From Antedon mediterranea (lineage: Eukaryota; Animalia; Echinodermata): a DNA stretch of 64,000 bases. Every line of letters begins with the position of its first letter. Position 1 is the stretch's first letter. Shown one piece after another: positions 41,201-56,200 of this stretch. The notes under the pieces are model-generated. The model saw only the letters and a list, made by a program, of their open reading frames with translations, was not told the DNA's origin and did no database searches. The position numbers and the translations under genes were made by a program. Where the stretch lies: NCBI RefSeq assembly GCF_964355755.1, contig NC_092676.1, positions 3,139,888 to 3,203,887 of the forward strand. Reading direction: 5' to 3'.

Positions 41201-44200
41201 TAAAATATTATTTAATTTTGATTTATTATATTATCTTACAAAAAATAAAAAAAATTCATAGTGAATTCATTAAAAAGAAGTTGTTTATTTTTGGGGTTGG
41301 TGTGTGGGGAGTGGTTTAAACTTATAATCACATAATAATATAATTATATATTAATTATTTTGTTATAGTTGTCCTACAATGTAAAATACAATTTCTAATT
41401 TAACTTTTTAATTAAACTAAATTGTAGTACAGTAAATACATTATACTGCATGTAATCCATCTATTGTATACTTTAGTATGTCAAAATATAATATGTTAAA
41501 ATAAAAATTTGGTAAATATATTTTAATAGTTTATTTCCTAAAACAAAATGTTTACACCAAATTCAAATCATTAGCAACCATAATAAATGTATTATCTAAT
41601 ATGTAATACAGATTCAGTTTCAATTGTTATATCTTACAAAAATAAATAGTTCAATCATGGTGTATACATTTAAAAAATGTTGATTTTAAAATTATTTGAA
41701 ATAATTTGATAAATTTAAAAATGTTGATTTTAAAATTCTTTTTCTGTAAATAGTCGTAATTTACACATTAGTCCATTTTTACAATTGAACCTACAATGAA
41801 TGCACTCCATTGTATAAACATTTTAATGTCAAAATATAAAATATATATGTAAATTTTAATTTCAAATCACTACATAAACAAATACTAATTATTTAGTAAC
41901 ATTTGTTATAATGATATTTATATTGTGACATTTACAATAAAAATTTATTTTGAATTATTTTTATTTAAAAAAAATAAAATTTGTGGATGGGAAAAAAAAC
42001 TATTGATTTTTAAAGATATTTTTTATAAGATCACAAATTGTGAAATTATGTAATAATTTTAATCCATTATCATTGTTTAACCAACAAAGTAAAATAATTT
42101 GTAATTTAATTCTAAATTAAACCTTCAATTCAATTCAATAATACATTTATTTAAGATGGTCACAATATATAACAAACAATATTACAATAAACAATCATAA
42201 ACAATTAATATAAGACCATCTTAGGGATCAAAATTAGAAGTAGAACTTGTCTCACATTGACCCCTAAAATAATAATAATAATTCAAACAAAAATAAGAAC
42301 GGTACAGTATAAATATACAAATACAACGCATACAATTAAATAAATTATACAGTGCGCAACATATTTAGTAGGTTTGGTAACAAGATAAATAAAGGATTTT
42401 TATATGCTTTCTAAATGAATTTACAGTATATAAATGATTGATGGCAGTTGAATCTAGATTATTCCAATACGTTGGTCCTAAATGGCTTTTTCTAAGTTTA
42501 ACAAATGGAACATACAATTTATGTGGATTTCTTATGTTATAGGTATGATCTAATAAACGATTTGAAAATAACATTGAAACAGACTTTGGTAGTAAACCAG
42601 TAACATATTCAAACATAAAAGAAGTAACTTGAAGTTTATGAAGGTCATATATTTTTTAAATTTTAAGTTTTTTAAACAAAGGTTCTGATGCAGATGTAAA
42701 TTGTTCAAAGTTTAATAATCGAACAACACGTTTTTGTAACCAAAATGGTAAAAGTAAGCAAACATAAGCAATACACTTACAGTGTTTCCAATGCTGTCAA
42801 ACCAGCAAATGCATTGGCTTGTAATGTACTTATTTGGTTCCTGTACAAATCCCTTAAAAGTAAAAAGAATGCACAGTATAAGTATAATCACAATATCCAA
42901 GCTGTTTTTAAATTATTTTATTTTTTCTGTCACCTCAAATGTTGAAATGTCTACATTCCTGTACATTATACAGTAGTTATACTGCATGTACTCTATTGTA
43001 TGTACTTTAGTTATGTCAAAATATATTATGTTAAAATAAAAATGTGATAAATATATTTAAATTCACATTTTTGAATTGTTATATTTTACAACAATAGATA
43101 ATTCAATCATGGTAGATAAATAAAAAAAAATTCTAAATTAAAACCAACTAAATAAACTGATTGAAACAACATAAAATTACTCTAAACCATCAGCTGTAGT
43201 TCAACATTAACAACTGCACCCCCCCTCCCCCTCTGGTCACTATTATCATGGACCTTTAAATTAGCATGAATCTATATAAATTCTTTCTTTCTTTGGTTGC
43301 AGAATATTTGTTGTATCAATCAACTTATGTTAACCCGATTAAATTTCAATTATTATCATACAAAAATAAATAATTCAATCATGATGGATACATTTTAAAA
43401 ATGTTGATTTTAAAATAATTTTTTTTTGCTATACATACAAATATAAAATATATATTTATATTTTAATAATTTTTTTCTCATAAGACAAAATTAATACATA
43501 AACAAATATTAATTATTTAGTAACATTTGTTATAATGATATTTATATTGTGACATTTACAATAACAATTTATTTTGAAATATTATTATTTAAAAAAATAA
43601 AATTCATTCATGGTGGATGAGAAAAAAACTATTGATTTATAAAGTTATTTTTTACAAGATCACAAATTGTGAAATTATGTAATAATATTAATCCATTATC
43701 ATTGTTTAACCAACAATGTAAAATAATAATAATTTGTAATTTGATTTCTGAATTAAAACCAAATTGTTAAAAGTAAGCAAACATAAGCAATACACTTACA
43801 GTGTTTTCAATGCTGTCAAACCAGCAAATGCATTGGCTTGTAATGTACTTATTTGGTTATAGTCCAAATACCTTAAAAGTAAAAAGAATGGACAGTATAA
43901 GTAAATCACAATATCCAAGCTGTTTTAAAATTATTTTAGTTTTTCAGGAATCAAACCTCAAATGTTGATATGTCTACATTCCTGTAAATTATACAGTAGT
44001 TATACTGCATGTACTCTATTGTATGTACTTTAGTGATGTCAAAATATACTATGTTAAAATAAAAATGTGGTAAATATATTGAAATAAACTAAATGTCTAC
44101 ACGAAATTAAACAATTTTTTTTTTAGCAACCATAAATGTACTATCTAATATACAATACAGATTCACCCCAATTGTTATATCTTACAAAAATATATAGTTC

Positions 44201-47200
44201 AATCTTGGTGGATACATTTAATTGTTAATTGTAAATAATCATGAGATCATAAGGTACATATTAGTCCATTATTACAATTGATCATACAATGCATTGTATT
44301 GTATCAACATTTTAATGTATACAATGTATATTTAAATTTTAATCATTTTTATTCTTATAAGACAAAATTAATACATAAACAAATATTAATTATTTAGTAA
44401 CATTAATTATAATGATATTTATATTGTAAATATTTACATTTAAAGATTAATTTTTAATTATTATATATTACAGAAAAAATAAAGTTCATTCATGTTGGCT
44501 GAACTAAAGACTAGTTTTAAAGATATTTTTTATAAGATCACAAATTGTGAAATTATATAATAATATTAATCCATTATCATTGCTTAACCAACAATGTAAA
44601 ATAATTTATAATTTAATTTCTAAATTAAAACCAAATTGGTAAAAGTAAGCAAACATAAGCAATACACTTACAGTGTTTTCAATGCTGTCAAACCAGCAAA
44701 TGCATTGGCTTGTAATGTACTTATTTGGTTACCGCTCAAATACCTTAAAAATAAAAAGAATGCACAGTATAAGTAAATCACAATATCCAAGCTGTTTTTT
44801 AATCATTTTGTTGAAATGTCTACATTCCTGTACATTATACAGTAGTTATACTGCATGTACTCTATTGTATGTACTTTAGTTATTTCAAAATATACTATTT
44901 CAAAATAAAAATGTGGTAGATATATATTTTAAACAAAATGTCTACAACAAAGTCAAATTGTTTTCAATTGTTATATCTTACAAAAAAATAAATACTGTAG
45001 TACAATCATGGTGGATAAATTTAGAAATTGTTGCTTTAAAAATGTTTGTACTGTAAATAATAATGAAATGATAGAATATATTTTATTATTAATGTAAAAT
45101 AATGTGTAATTGTATTTCTAAATTAAAACCAAATAAATAAACTGATTGAAACAACATAAAATTACTCTAAACCATCAGCTGTAGTTCAACATTAACAACT
45201 GCACCCCCCCTGGTCACTATTATCATGGACCTTTAAATTAGCATGAATACACAGTCAAAAGAAATTAAAATATATTTTGTACGATTTTCTTTTCCTATGA
45301 CTTGTTTTAGATATGGTCCATAATACAGTTGAAACCTCCTGTGGACACCACTTGTAAATGGACACCTCATAACGGATACTCACATAAAAGTCTGTGTGTC
45401 CTTTTTATTCAATATAGTGCATTGGTAAGTACCATTAGGGAAGAGTGGAATTACTTTCCCTGTTACCATCTTAAATCATCTCAAACATTTCCATAAGAGG
45501 ACAGGAAAAACATTTTATTTGTATAGATAACTTCTAAAAACTGTTTATTTTCTAAAAATAATTTTAAATACTGAAATCTATGTTACTTTACTTTAAAATA
45601 GCCTTTATGTTGGAGAATTAGACGCTATACATTATTTGTTATAGTACAAGATTAAATTCATTCATTCATTCATTTTATTTGGTCCAATATAAAAATACAT
45701 CAGAAATTCCTCTTATATACACTGCAGAGATAATAACAATATACGTACATGCAGAAAACAATCAATATAAAAAATCACTGATAAAATATCAATTCAAATT
45801 CTCCGACTGGGCAATAATTATCACAAAATTTAATTCAATATTGTGTTTTGTCTGATTGTGAAATCTACTTTTGACTTACTGTATAACAAAATTTAAACAT
45901 GAACTCATTTTTTATGTAATATTTCAATCATAATTATAAAGTACATATCAATAAAAATACTCACAGCAATGTCAATGCAGTTAAACCAAAAAATGCATTT
46001 GCTGGCAATGTGCTTATCTTGAAATCTCTCAACCACCTTCAAGGTAAAACAATGTAGTATTAAGCAAGCAGCAGACCATGTATTAAGAAATATACCTGTA
46101 TAGACTCTACATATGCCATTATTCCCAATATGGACACCCCTCGAAAGGAAAATGGAATAGTCCAGGCGCCTTAGCGGGCCGTACAAACGTCTCTCACGCA
46201 TGACATCGTCCTCATATTCCAAGATCCACGTGATCACGGCGAGGGGAGGCGGGAGGGATTGCTATACAGGTAGGTATCTCACTCATACATAGACTATACC
46301 AACACCACTGTTGGTTTGTGTAATCATATACCATCTTGTAAATGGCCATGTTTTTTTGTTGGTCTTAGTTTGGAACAAAAATTATTACAAAAAGTTTCTA
46401 AAATTTAGTTTTATTTGAAAATTCTAGAAAGTTTGTAGGAATTCAGAGTAAAAAAATACTCACAGTTCTGGTAGTGATGTCAACCCATTAAATGCATTGG
46501 CTTCTAGTGTACGTATTTGATTAGTTTCCACCCGGCCAGCCCTAAAAAAAAATAACGTTCAGTAAAAAAAAATTGCAGTATTCAAAACTATATATACTAC
46601 TATAAACTATAATTTAAAACCATTAGTTACCATTAAAGATGAGATCTAAGAATTCTAATTCTCCGACTGTGTAATTATCACAAAATTTAATTCAAAATTG
46701 TGTTTTGTCTGCTTGTGAAATGTTACTTTTCTTTGTTTTCCACGGGATTACACTGTAGTGATATAGGTGGACAACATTATACATCGCAATTCAGTTATTT
46801 TTGTAAACACACATATCCCCCCCCCCCCCAGTTTTTTAATGGTGGTGGGGGAGGGGGATCCTGTTGTCACCGCTGTAATTCAATAAATGAAACAGGTACT
46901 GAAATAGTACTGAATGATGCTTCATTTTATGAAAACCACATAAAATAATCATGATTATTGAAAGAAAATTAGACATTGGTATAAGAAATGCATTAAAAAA
47001 GTAGAAATAACAAAGCAATTTCAATAAATATGTAAATAATGTTTAGGTAAGTTTTGATTTTTAAAGAATAGGTTTAAGCAGCAAGACAAGAAATATGATA
47101 TGAACTAACTTTAATTTAATAGCCTTGTTTTGTTCACATTCATTTATTCATTCATATTCAATATCATAAGTAAAAAATAGAAATTTTGTTCTCAGAGCCC

Positions 47201-50200
47201 ACCGTTTAAACTATATTATATTCAAAATAAATATAACAGTTAATTATATCTCAACCGAATGAATCTTTTTAAAGGGTAAATTATGTTTGTTGTAGCCATT
47301 TTTTTATAGGTATGTTGCAAGTCATGGCCAAATCTCTTCTATTTTTTTCAAAAGCAAACTGTAGTGAACAGAATGAAAATAATTAAATGCCAAAGATTAT
47401 ACATATGTGTTATCCAAATTGCATGGCATTTATGCATTGATTTTTGCAGTAGATATATTGAACTAATGAATTATTAATCAAAAGAAATTCATAAGAGTAA
47501 CTATAAAAAAAATACCTGTAATCAATGATTTGCCCGACGTGCAATATCCTTCAAAGTAAGAGAAATACAAAGTAATTGTTAATATAAAAAAAAAATATAT
47601 ATATATATATTTTTTGATAATTCAAAACAAAATAACTACATAAACAAAATGTAGTAAATCTTACTTAAAGGATATTTAAATTGTAAAATATTATTTTACA
47701 ACTGAAAATTTATTTTGATTTATTATATTATCTTACAAAAAATTAAAAAAATTCATAGTGAATTCATTAAAAAGAAGTTGTTTATTTTTGGGGTTGGGTG
47801 TGGGGAGTGGTTTAAACTTATAATCACATAATAATATAATTATATATTAATTATTTTGTTATAGTTGTCCTACAATGTAAAATACTATTTCTAATTTAAC
47901 TTTTTAATTAAAACTAAATTGTAGTACAGTAAATACATTATACTGCATGTAATCCATCTATTGTATACTTTAGTATGTCAAAATATAATATGTTAAAATA
48001 AAAATTTGGTAAATATATTTTAATAATTTATTTCCTAAAACAAAATGTTTACACCAAATTTAAATCGTTAGCAACCATAATAAATGTATTATCTAATATG
48101 TAATACAGATTCAGTTTCAATTTTTATATCTTACAAAATTAAATAGTTCAATCATGGTGTATACATTTAAAAAATGTTGATTTTAAAATTATTTGAAATA
48201 ATTTGATAAATTTAAAAATGTTGATTTTAAAATTCTTTTTCTGTAAATAGTCGTAATGTACACATTAGTCCATTTTTACAATTGAACCTACAATGAATGC
48301 ACTCCATTGTATAAACATTTTAATGTCAAAATATAAAATATATATGTAAATTTTAATTTTAAATCACTACATAAACAAATACTAATTATTTAGTAACATT
48401 TGTTATAATGATATTTATATTGTGACATTTACAATAAAAATTTATTTTGAATTATTTTTATTTTTAAAAAATAAAATTTGTGGATGAGAAAAAAAACTAT
48501 TGATTTTTAAAGATATTTTTTATAAGATCACAAATTGTGAAATTATGTAATAATTTTAATCCATTATCATTGTTTAACCAACAAAGTAAAATAATTTGTA
48601 ATTTAATTCTAAATTAAACCAAATTGGTAAAAGTAAGCAATCATAAGCAATTATATACTTACAGTGTTTCCAATGCTGTCAAACCAGCAAATGCATTGGC
48701 TTGTAATGTACTTATTTGGTTCCAGTACAAATCCCTTAAAAGTAAAAAGAATGCACAGTATAAGTAAATCACAATATCCAAGCTGTTTTTAAATTATTTT
48801 ATTTTTTCTGTCACCTCAAATGGTGAAATGTCTACATTCCTGTACATTATACAGTAGTTATACTGCATGTACTCTATTGTATGTACTTTAGTTATGTCAA
48901 AATATATTATGTTAAAATAAAAATGTGGTAAATATATTTTAAATTCACATTTTTGAATTGTTATATTTTACAACAATAAATAATTCAATCATGGTAGATA
49001 AATAAAAAAAAATTCTAAATTAAAACCAAATAAATAAACTGATTGAAACAACATAAAATTACTCTAAACCATCAGCTGTAGTTCAACATTAACAACTGCA
49101 CCCCCCCCCCCCCCTCTGGTCACTATTATCATGGACCTTTAAATTAGCATGAATCTATATAAATTCTTTCTTTCTTTGGTTGCAGAATATTTGTTGTATC
49201 AATCAACTTATGTTAAACCGATTAAATTTCAATTATTATCATACAAAATTAAATAATTCAATCATGATGGATACATTTTAAAAATGTTGATTTTAAAATA
49301 ATTTTTTTTTGCTATACATACAAATATGAAATATATATTTATATTTTAATAATTTTTTTTCTCATAAGACAAAATTAATACATAAACAAATACTAATTAT
49401 TTAGTAACATTTGTTATAATGATATTTATATTGTGACATTTACAATAAAAATTTATTTTGAAATATTATTATTTAAAAAAATAAAGTTCATTCATGGTGG
49501 ATGAGCAAAAAACTATTAATTACTAAATTAAACCAAATTGGTAAAAGTAAGCAAACATAAGCAATACACTTACAGTGTTTCCAATGCTGTCAAACCAGCA
49601 AATGCATTGGCTTGTAATGTACTTATTTGGTTATCGTACAAACCCCTTAAAAGTAAAAAGAATGCACAGTATAAGTAAATCACAATATCCAAGCTGTTTT
49701 AAAATTATTTTAGTTTTTCAGGAATCAAACCTCAAATGTTGAAATGTGTACATTCCTGTGCATTATACAGTAGTTATACTGCATGTACTCTATTGTATGT
49801 ACTTTAGTTATGTCAAAATATACTGTGTTAAAATAAAAATGTGGTAAATATATTTAAATTCACATTTTTGAATTGTATATAAAATATATATTTATATAAT
49901 TTTTTTCTCATAAGACAAAATTAATACATAAAAAAATACTAATTATTTAGTGACATTTGTTATAATAATATTTATATTGTGACATTTACAATAAAAATTT
50001 ATTTTGAAATATTATTATTTAAAAAAATAAAATTCATTCATGGTGAATGAGCAAAAAACTAGTTATTTATTTTTATTATTTTTTATAAGATCACAAATTG
50101 TGAAATTATATAATAATAATCCATTATCATTGATTAACCAACAATGTAAAATAATTTGTAATTTAAGCAATACACTTACAGTGTTTCCAATGCTGTCAAA

Positions 50201-53200
50201 CCAGCAAATGCATTGGCTGGTAATGTACTTATTTGGTTACTGCCCAAATCCCTTAAAAATAAAAAGAATGCACAGTATAAGTAAATCACAATATCCAAGC
50301 TGTTTTTAAATTATTTTAGTTTTTCTGTCACCTCAAATGTTGAAATGTCTACATTCCTGTACATTATACAGTAGTTATACTGCATGTACTCTATTGTATG
50401 TACTTTAGTTATGTCAAAATATACTGTGTTAAAATAAAAATGTGGTAAATATATTTAAATTCACATTTTTGAATTGTATATAAAATATATATTTATATAA
50501 TTTTTTTCTCATAAGACAAAATTAATACATAAAAAAATACTAATTATTTAGTGACATTTGTTATAATAATATTTATATTGTGACATTTACAATAAAAATT
50601 TATTTTGAAATATTATTATTTAAAAAAATAAAATTCATTCATGGTGAATGAGCAAAAAACTAGTTATTTATTTTTATTATTTTTTATAAGATCACAAATT
50701 GTGAAATTATATAATAATAATCCATTATCATTGATTAACCAACAATGTAAAATAATTTGTAATTTAAGCAATACACTTACAGTGTTTCCAATGCTGTCAA
50801 ACCAGCAAATGCATTGGCTGGTAATGTACTTATTTGGTTACTGCCCAAATCCCTTAAAAATAAAAAGAATGCACAGTATAAGTAAATCACAATATCCAAG
50901 CTGTTTTTAAATTATTTTAGTTTTTCTGTCACCTCAAATGTTGAAATGTCTACATTCCTGTACATTATACAGTAGTTATACTGCATGTACTCTATTGTAT
51001 GTACTTTAGTTATGTCAAAATATACTGTGTTAAAATAAAAATGTGGTAAATATATTTAAATTCACATTTTTGAATTGTATATAAAATATATATTTATATA
51101 ATTTTTTTCTCATAAGACAAAATTAATACATAAAAAAATACTAATTATTTAGTGACATTTGTTATAATAATATTTATATTGTGACATTTACAATAAAAAT
51201 TTATTTTGAAATATTATTATTTAAAAAAATAAAATTCATTCATGGTGAATGAGCAAAAAACTAGTTATTTATTTTTATTATTTTTTATAAGATCACAAAT
51301 TGTGAAATTATATAATAATAATCCATTATCATTGATTAACCAACAATGTAAAATAATTTGTAATTTAAGCAATACACTTACAGTGTTTCCAATGCTGTCA
51401 AACCAGCAAATGCATTGGCTGGTAATGTACTTATTTGGTTACTGCCCAAATCCCTTAAAAATAAAAAGAATGCACAGTATAAGTAAATCACAATATCCAA
51501 GCTGTATTTAAATTATTTTAGTTTTTCTGTCACCTCAAATGTTGAAATGTGTACATTCCTGTACATTATACAGTAGTTATATTGGATGTACTCTATTGTA
51601 TGTACTTTAGTTATGTCAAAATATACTATGTTAAAATAAAAATGTGGTAAATATATTTAAATTCACATTTTTGAATTGTTTTACAACAATAAATAATTCA
51701 ATCATGGTAGATAAATTTAAAAAAATGTTGATTTTAAAATTCTTTTTACTGTAAATAATTAAATTATGGAATCATAATGTACACATTAGTCCATTATTAC
51801 AATTGAACCTACAATGCATGCATTGTATTGTATCAATATTTTATGGAAAAATATACAATATATAGGTAAATTTTAATAGTTTTTATTCTCATAAGACAAA
51901 ATTATTACATAAATAAATATTAATTATTTAGTAACATTCATTATAATGATATTTATATTGCAAATATTAAAAATCAAAGATGAATTTTGAATTATTATAT
52001 ATTACAGAAAAAATAAAGTTCATTCATGGTGGATGAACTATGAGACTAGTGATTTTTAAATATATTTTTATAAGATCACAAATTGTGAAATTATATAATA
52101 ATATTAATCCATTATCATTGCTTAACCAACAATGTAAAACTATTTGTAATTTAATTCTAAATTAAACCAAATTGGTAAAACTAAGCAAACATAAGCAATA
52201 CACTTACAGTGTTTCCAATGCTGTCAAACCAGCAAATGCATTGGCTTGTAATGTACTTATTTGGTTCCTGTACAAATACCTTAAAAATAAAAAGAATGCA
52301 CAGTATAAGTAAATCACAATATCCAAGCTGTTTTTTAATCATTTTGTTGAAATGTCTACATATACTGCATGTACTCTATTGTATGTACTTTAGTTATTTC
52401 AAAATATACTATGTCAAAATAAAAATGTGGTAGATATAATATTTAAACAAAATGTCTACAACAAAGTCAAATTGTTTTCAATTGTTATATCTTACAAAAA
52501 AATAAATACTGTAGTCCAATCATGGTGGATAAATTTAGAAATTGTTGCTTTAAAAATGTTTGTACTGTAAATAATAATGAAATGATAGAATATATTCTAT
52601 TATTAATGTAAAATAATGTGTAATTGTATTTCTAAATTAAAACCAAATAAATAAACTGATTGAAACAACATAAAATTACTCTAAACCATCAGCTGTAGTT
52701 CAACATTAACAACTGCACCCCCCCCCCCCCTGGTCACTATTATCATGGACCTTTAAATTAGCATGAACCTATATAAATTCTTTCTTTCTTTGGTTGCAGA
52801 ATATTTGTTGGGTCAATGAACTTATGTTAAACCGATTAAATTTCAGTTATTATCTTACAAAAATAAATAATTCAATCATGGTGGATACATTTAAAAATGT
52901 TGATTTTAAAATAATTCTTTTTGCTATACATACAAATTTAAAATATATATTTATATTTTAATAATTTTTTTCTCATAAGACAAAATTAATACTTAAACAA
53001 ATACTAATTATTTAGTAACATTTGTTATAATAATATTTATATTGTGATATTTACAATAAAAATTTATTTTGAAATATTATTATTTAAAAAAATAAAGTTC
53101 ATTCATGGTGGATAAGCAAAAAACTATTAATTACTAAATTAAACCAAATTGGTAAAAGTAAGCAAACATAAGCAATACACTTACAGTGTTTCCAATGCTG

Positions 53201-56200
53201 TCAAACCAGCAAATGCATTGGCTTGTAATGTACTTATTTGGTTCCTGCTCAAAGACCTTAAAAGTAAAAAGAATGCACAGTATAAGTAAATCACAATATC
53301 CAAGCTGTTTTAAAATTATTTTAGTTTTTCTGTCACCTCAAATGTTGAAATGTCTACATTCTTGTACATTATTACTCTATTAGTGATGTCAAAATATGTT
53401 ATGTTAAAATAAATGTGGTAAATATAATTATTTTAATAATTTATTTTTATAAATCAATTGTTTGGTCAACCATAATAAATGTATTATCTAATATGTTAAA
53501 CAGATTCAATTTAAATTGTTATCTTACAAAATAAATAGTTCAATCATGGTGGATAAATTTAAGAATTGTTGCTTTTTAAATTTGTTTTACTATAAATAAT
53601 CATGAAATCATAAGGTACATAATTATTAGTCCATTATTACAATTGAACCTACAATGCATGCATTGTATTGTGTCAACATTTTATTGATGTCAAAATAAAA
53701 ATTATTAAAAGTAAATATTCATCTCAAAACGTATGAATGTATAGTTGTACATGATATTGTTCACTATAGGTTTAATTATGTTACTCTGCACCTTATATCT
53801 TAATTTGTGTTTTATTTAGGGTTATCCCTTTGTTCTTATAATTATGTGATGCCACTGCCCTTTTTTAACACTCAAACAAATAAAGACTTGGTTATACTGA
53901 TCGGTTTGATAAATGTGTATTTATTGAAGTCTGTGACATTTGTTGAATTTGAATATAATTATCAATTATCAAAGACAAAATTACTACATAAACAAATACT
54001 AGTTATTTAGTAACAATGATTTTGATATTTATATCGTGAAATTATACAATAAAGGATTTCGAATTATTATATCCTCCAAAAAAAAAGTTCACTCATGAAC
54101 AAGAAAATGAATTGTTTTTAGAGTTATTTTTATAAGTATAAAGATAATAAAATTATATAATAATATTAATTCATTATCAATGTGTAAATGTATTTATAAA
54201 TTAAAAACAAACTGGTTAAAATAACCAAACATGTAAATTTGCCTTTGTTCCACACACAAAAGAATCACAAAAAGCTGGTAAAAATCACAAAATACAAACA
54301 ATATAGTATAAACTAGCAAATGTGAAAAATTAAAACATTAAAAATAATACAGAGCACTCTACTCTCATTCAGAATGTACACGTCACATTACTTATTTTAA
54401 CTACCTTATTTATATATATTCCAAATAGATGATTGACTGATTGGGAGTATGCACATAGCTGACCATGTTATAATTTTTGGAAAACTAAGGCCTACCTACC
54501 AAATACCTACAATCGTTTTAATCATTTTTTTTTTAGTCTATCACATTCTTACGTAAAATGTCGTATACGGATATTGACCAGATTAATGATGAGCACGTAA
54601 ACTGATTGAAACGACCTAAATATACTGTAGACCGCCACAAGACCAGTAGTTTCACATTAACAAATTCCACCCACTCCCCCTCTGTTCAATATTATCATGA
54701 TCCTACTGTATAAAGCATGGACCTATTATCAAAGAAATATAAATTTTGCTCACAGTATGACATAAATTTAGTTAAATTTCAAAATATCGGCAAAAGATGT
54801 TCTACTTACAATGTTGTTATTGGATCATACACATTGTACTTAACAAGCTCTGTATGTATATTTGCATTCCATGGATTACATCTAGTGTTATTATAACAAT
54901 CATCCCAGGAACACGTCGGGACATTACATGTGCAAGATGCTGGGCATCCGACTATAGGCCCTAATGATTTTGTAAAAAAAAAACAAGCAGTAACTAAAAG
55001 TACTGTACTTTGTTTCTATTTTACATAGTAGAACACTACGATAATGATGAATACTGGTGGTGTGATAACAATGAGTATTTAAAGATGAACATAAATTCTT
55101 ATAATTCGATACAGGTGAAATAAAATCATGTCTTATTTAAGTTTCAATTTTACACTGTTTAATTTAACGGTATTGTTTATTTCGTCGTGTTAAACAATTG
55201 AATATTATGAAAGGAGAATAAACGACGCCAAAAGTAGTTTAATCTCTTTTTTCTCTAACTGGGTAAACTCTTGAAAATAGAACTTATTTTTATATAATTT
55301 ATAAAACAAAACACTCCCTCTTAGTCAATAGTGTATTGTAATACCGCCTGTTAGTACTGAAGTTTGTAAGTGTGAAATTGTCCTTACATTGACAAATAAC
55401 ACTAGCATCCTCATCGTGTCCACAATCGTGTACACTCATTCCATTACATTGTAAAATTACAATACAAGTTTAAAACATTTCTTTATTTACATGCATACTG
55501 TTATTAATCCTAGTTGAGTGTTAGTAGCAGCGGCAGTATATTATCAGGGCATCGGCAGCGGCAGTATATTATCAGGGCATCGGCAGCGGCAGTATATTAT
55601 CAGGGCATCGGCAGCGGCAGTTGCAGTAGTAGTAGTAATACACGGTATTCTTGGAGTGAGGGGTAATAATATTCTGCCTTACAAATAAGTAAATAAATAG
55701 TTTGCGGAAAATGTTTACTAAAGCCAAAAAATGAAATTATTATTAATTAATTGTATTAATTACTGCTATTATTTTTAAATTATAAAGTACGACAAATAGA
55801 AATCGTATGTGATAATAGGCATACAGAATGGAAGAGATGTCCGGCGATTAAAACCAGTCAAATCTTATAAAGTGTGACGTAACAATCGTATGTGATAATA
55901 CGCATACAGAATAGAAGTGATGTCCGGCGATTCAAACCAGTCAAATCTTATAAAGTGTGACGTAACAATCGTATGTGATAATACGCATACAAAATGGAAG
56001 CGATGTCCGGTGATCAAAACCTGCCGAATGTTATAAAGTGTGATTGTTATAATAAAGTGAATGAAGAATTGAAGTGATGTCCGGCGATTAAAACCAGTCA
56101 AAACTAATAAAGTTTAGACAAAAATGTTATTAAAAACGATTATTTTTCCATATCGGGCCTCTCTTTATGGAAATCCAAAAAACACTTAAGCAAGATTTAA

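Larger units (their letters stand above)
49650..51670. repeat. 601-bp tandem triplication, each unit carrying one LRR exon
   Basis: Identical ORFs and exons at 601-bp offsets (50040/50641/51242). Confidence 0.95.
34982..52770. repeat. Intragenic tandem duplication of a multi-exon block (34982-45245 vs 45246-~52770)
   Basis: GAATACACAGTCAAAAGAAATT starts both copies; colinear introns and exons; 44641-45245 matches ~52160-52770. Confidence 0.85.

Noticed and set aside
42124-53256. Diversity-generating retroelement (RT remnant next to variable repeats)
   Set aside because: The RT-related piece is a truncated LINE 3' end absent from the twin block. There is no template/variable repeat pair, and the variation is not evidently adenine-restricted.
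42782-53383. Plus-strand ORFs MFPMLSNQQMHWLVMYLFG...
   Set aside because: Antisense shadows of the minus-strand LRR exons.
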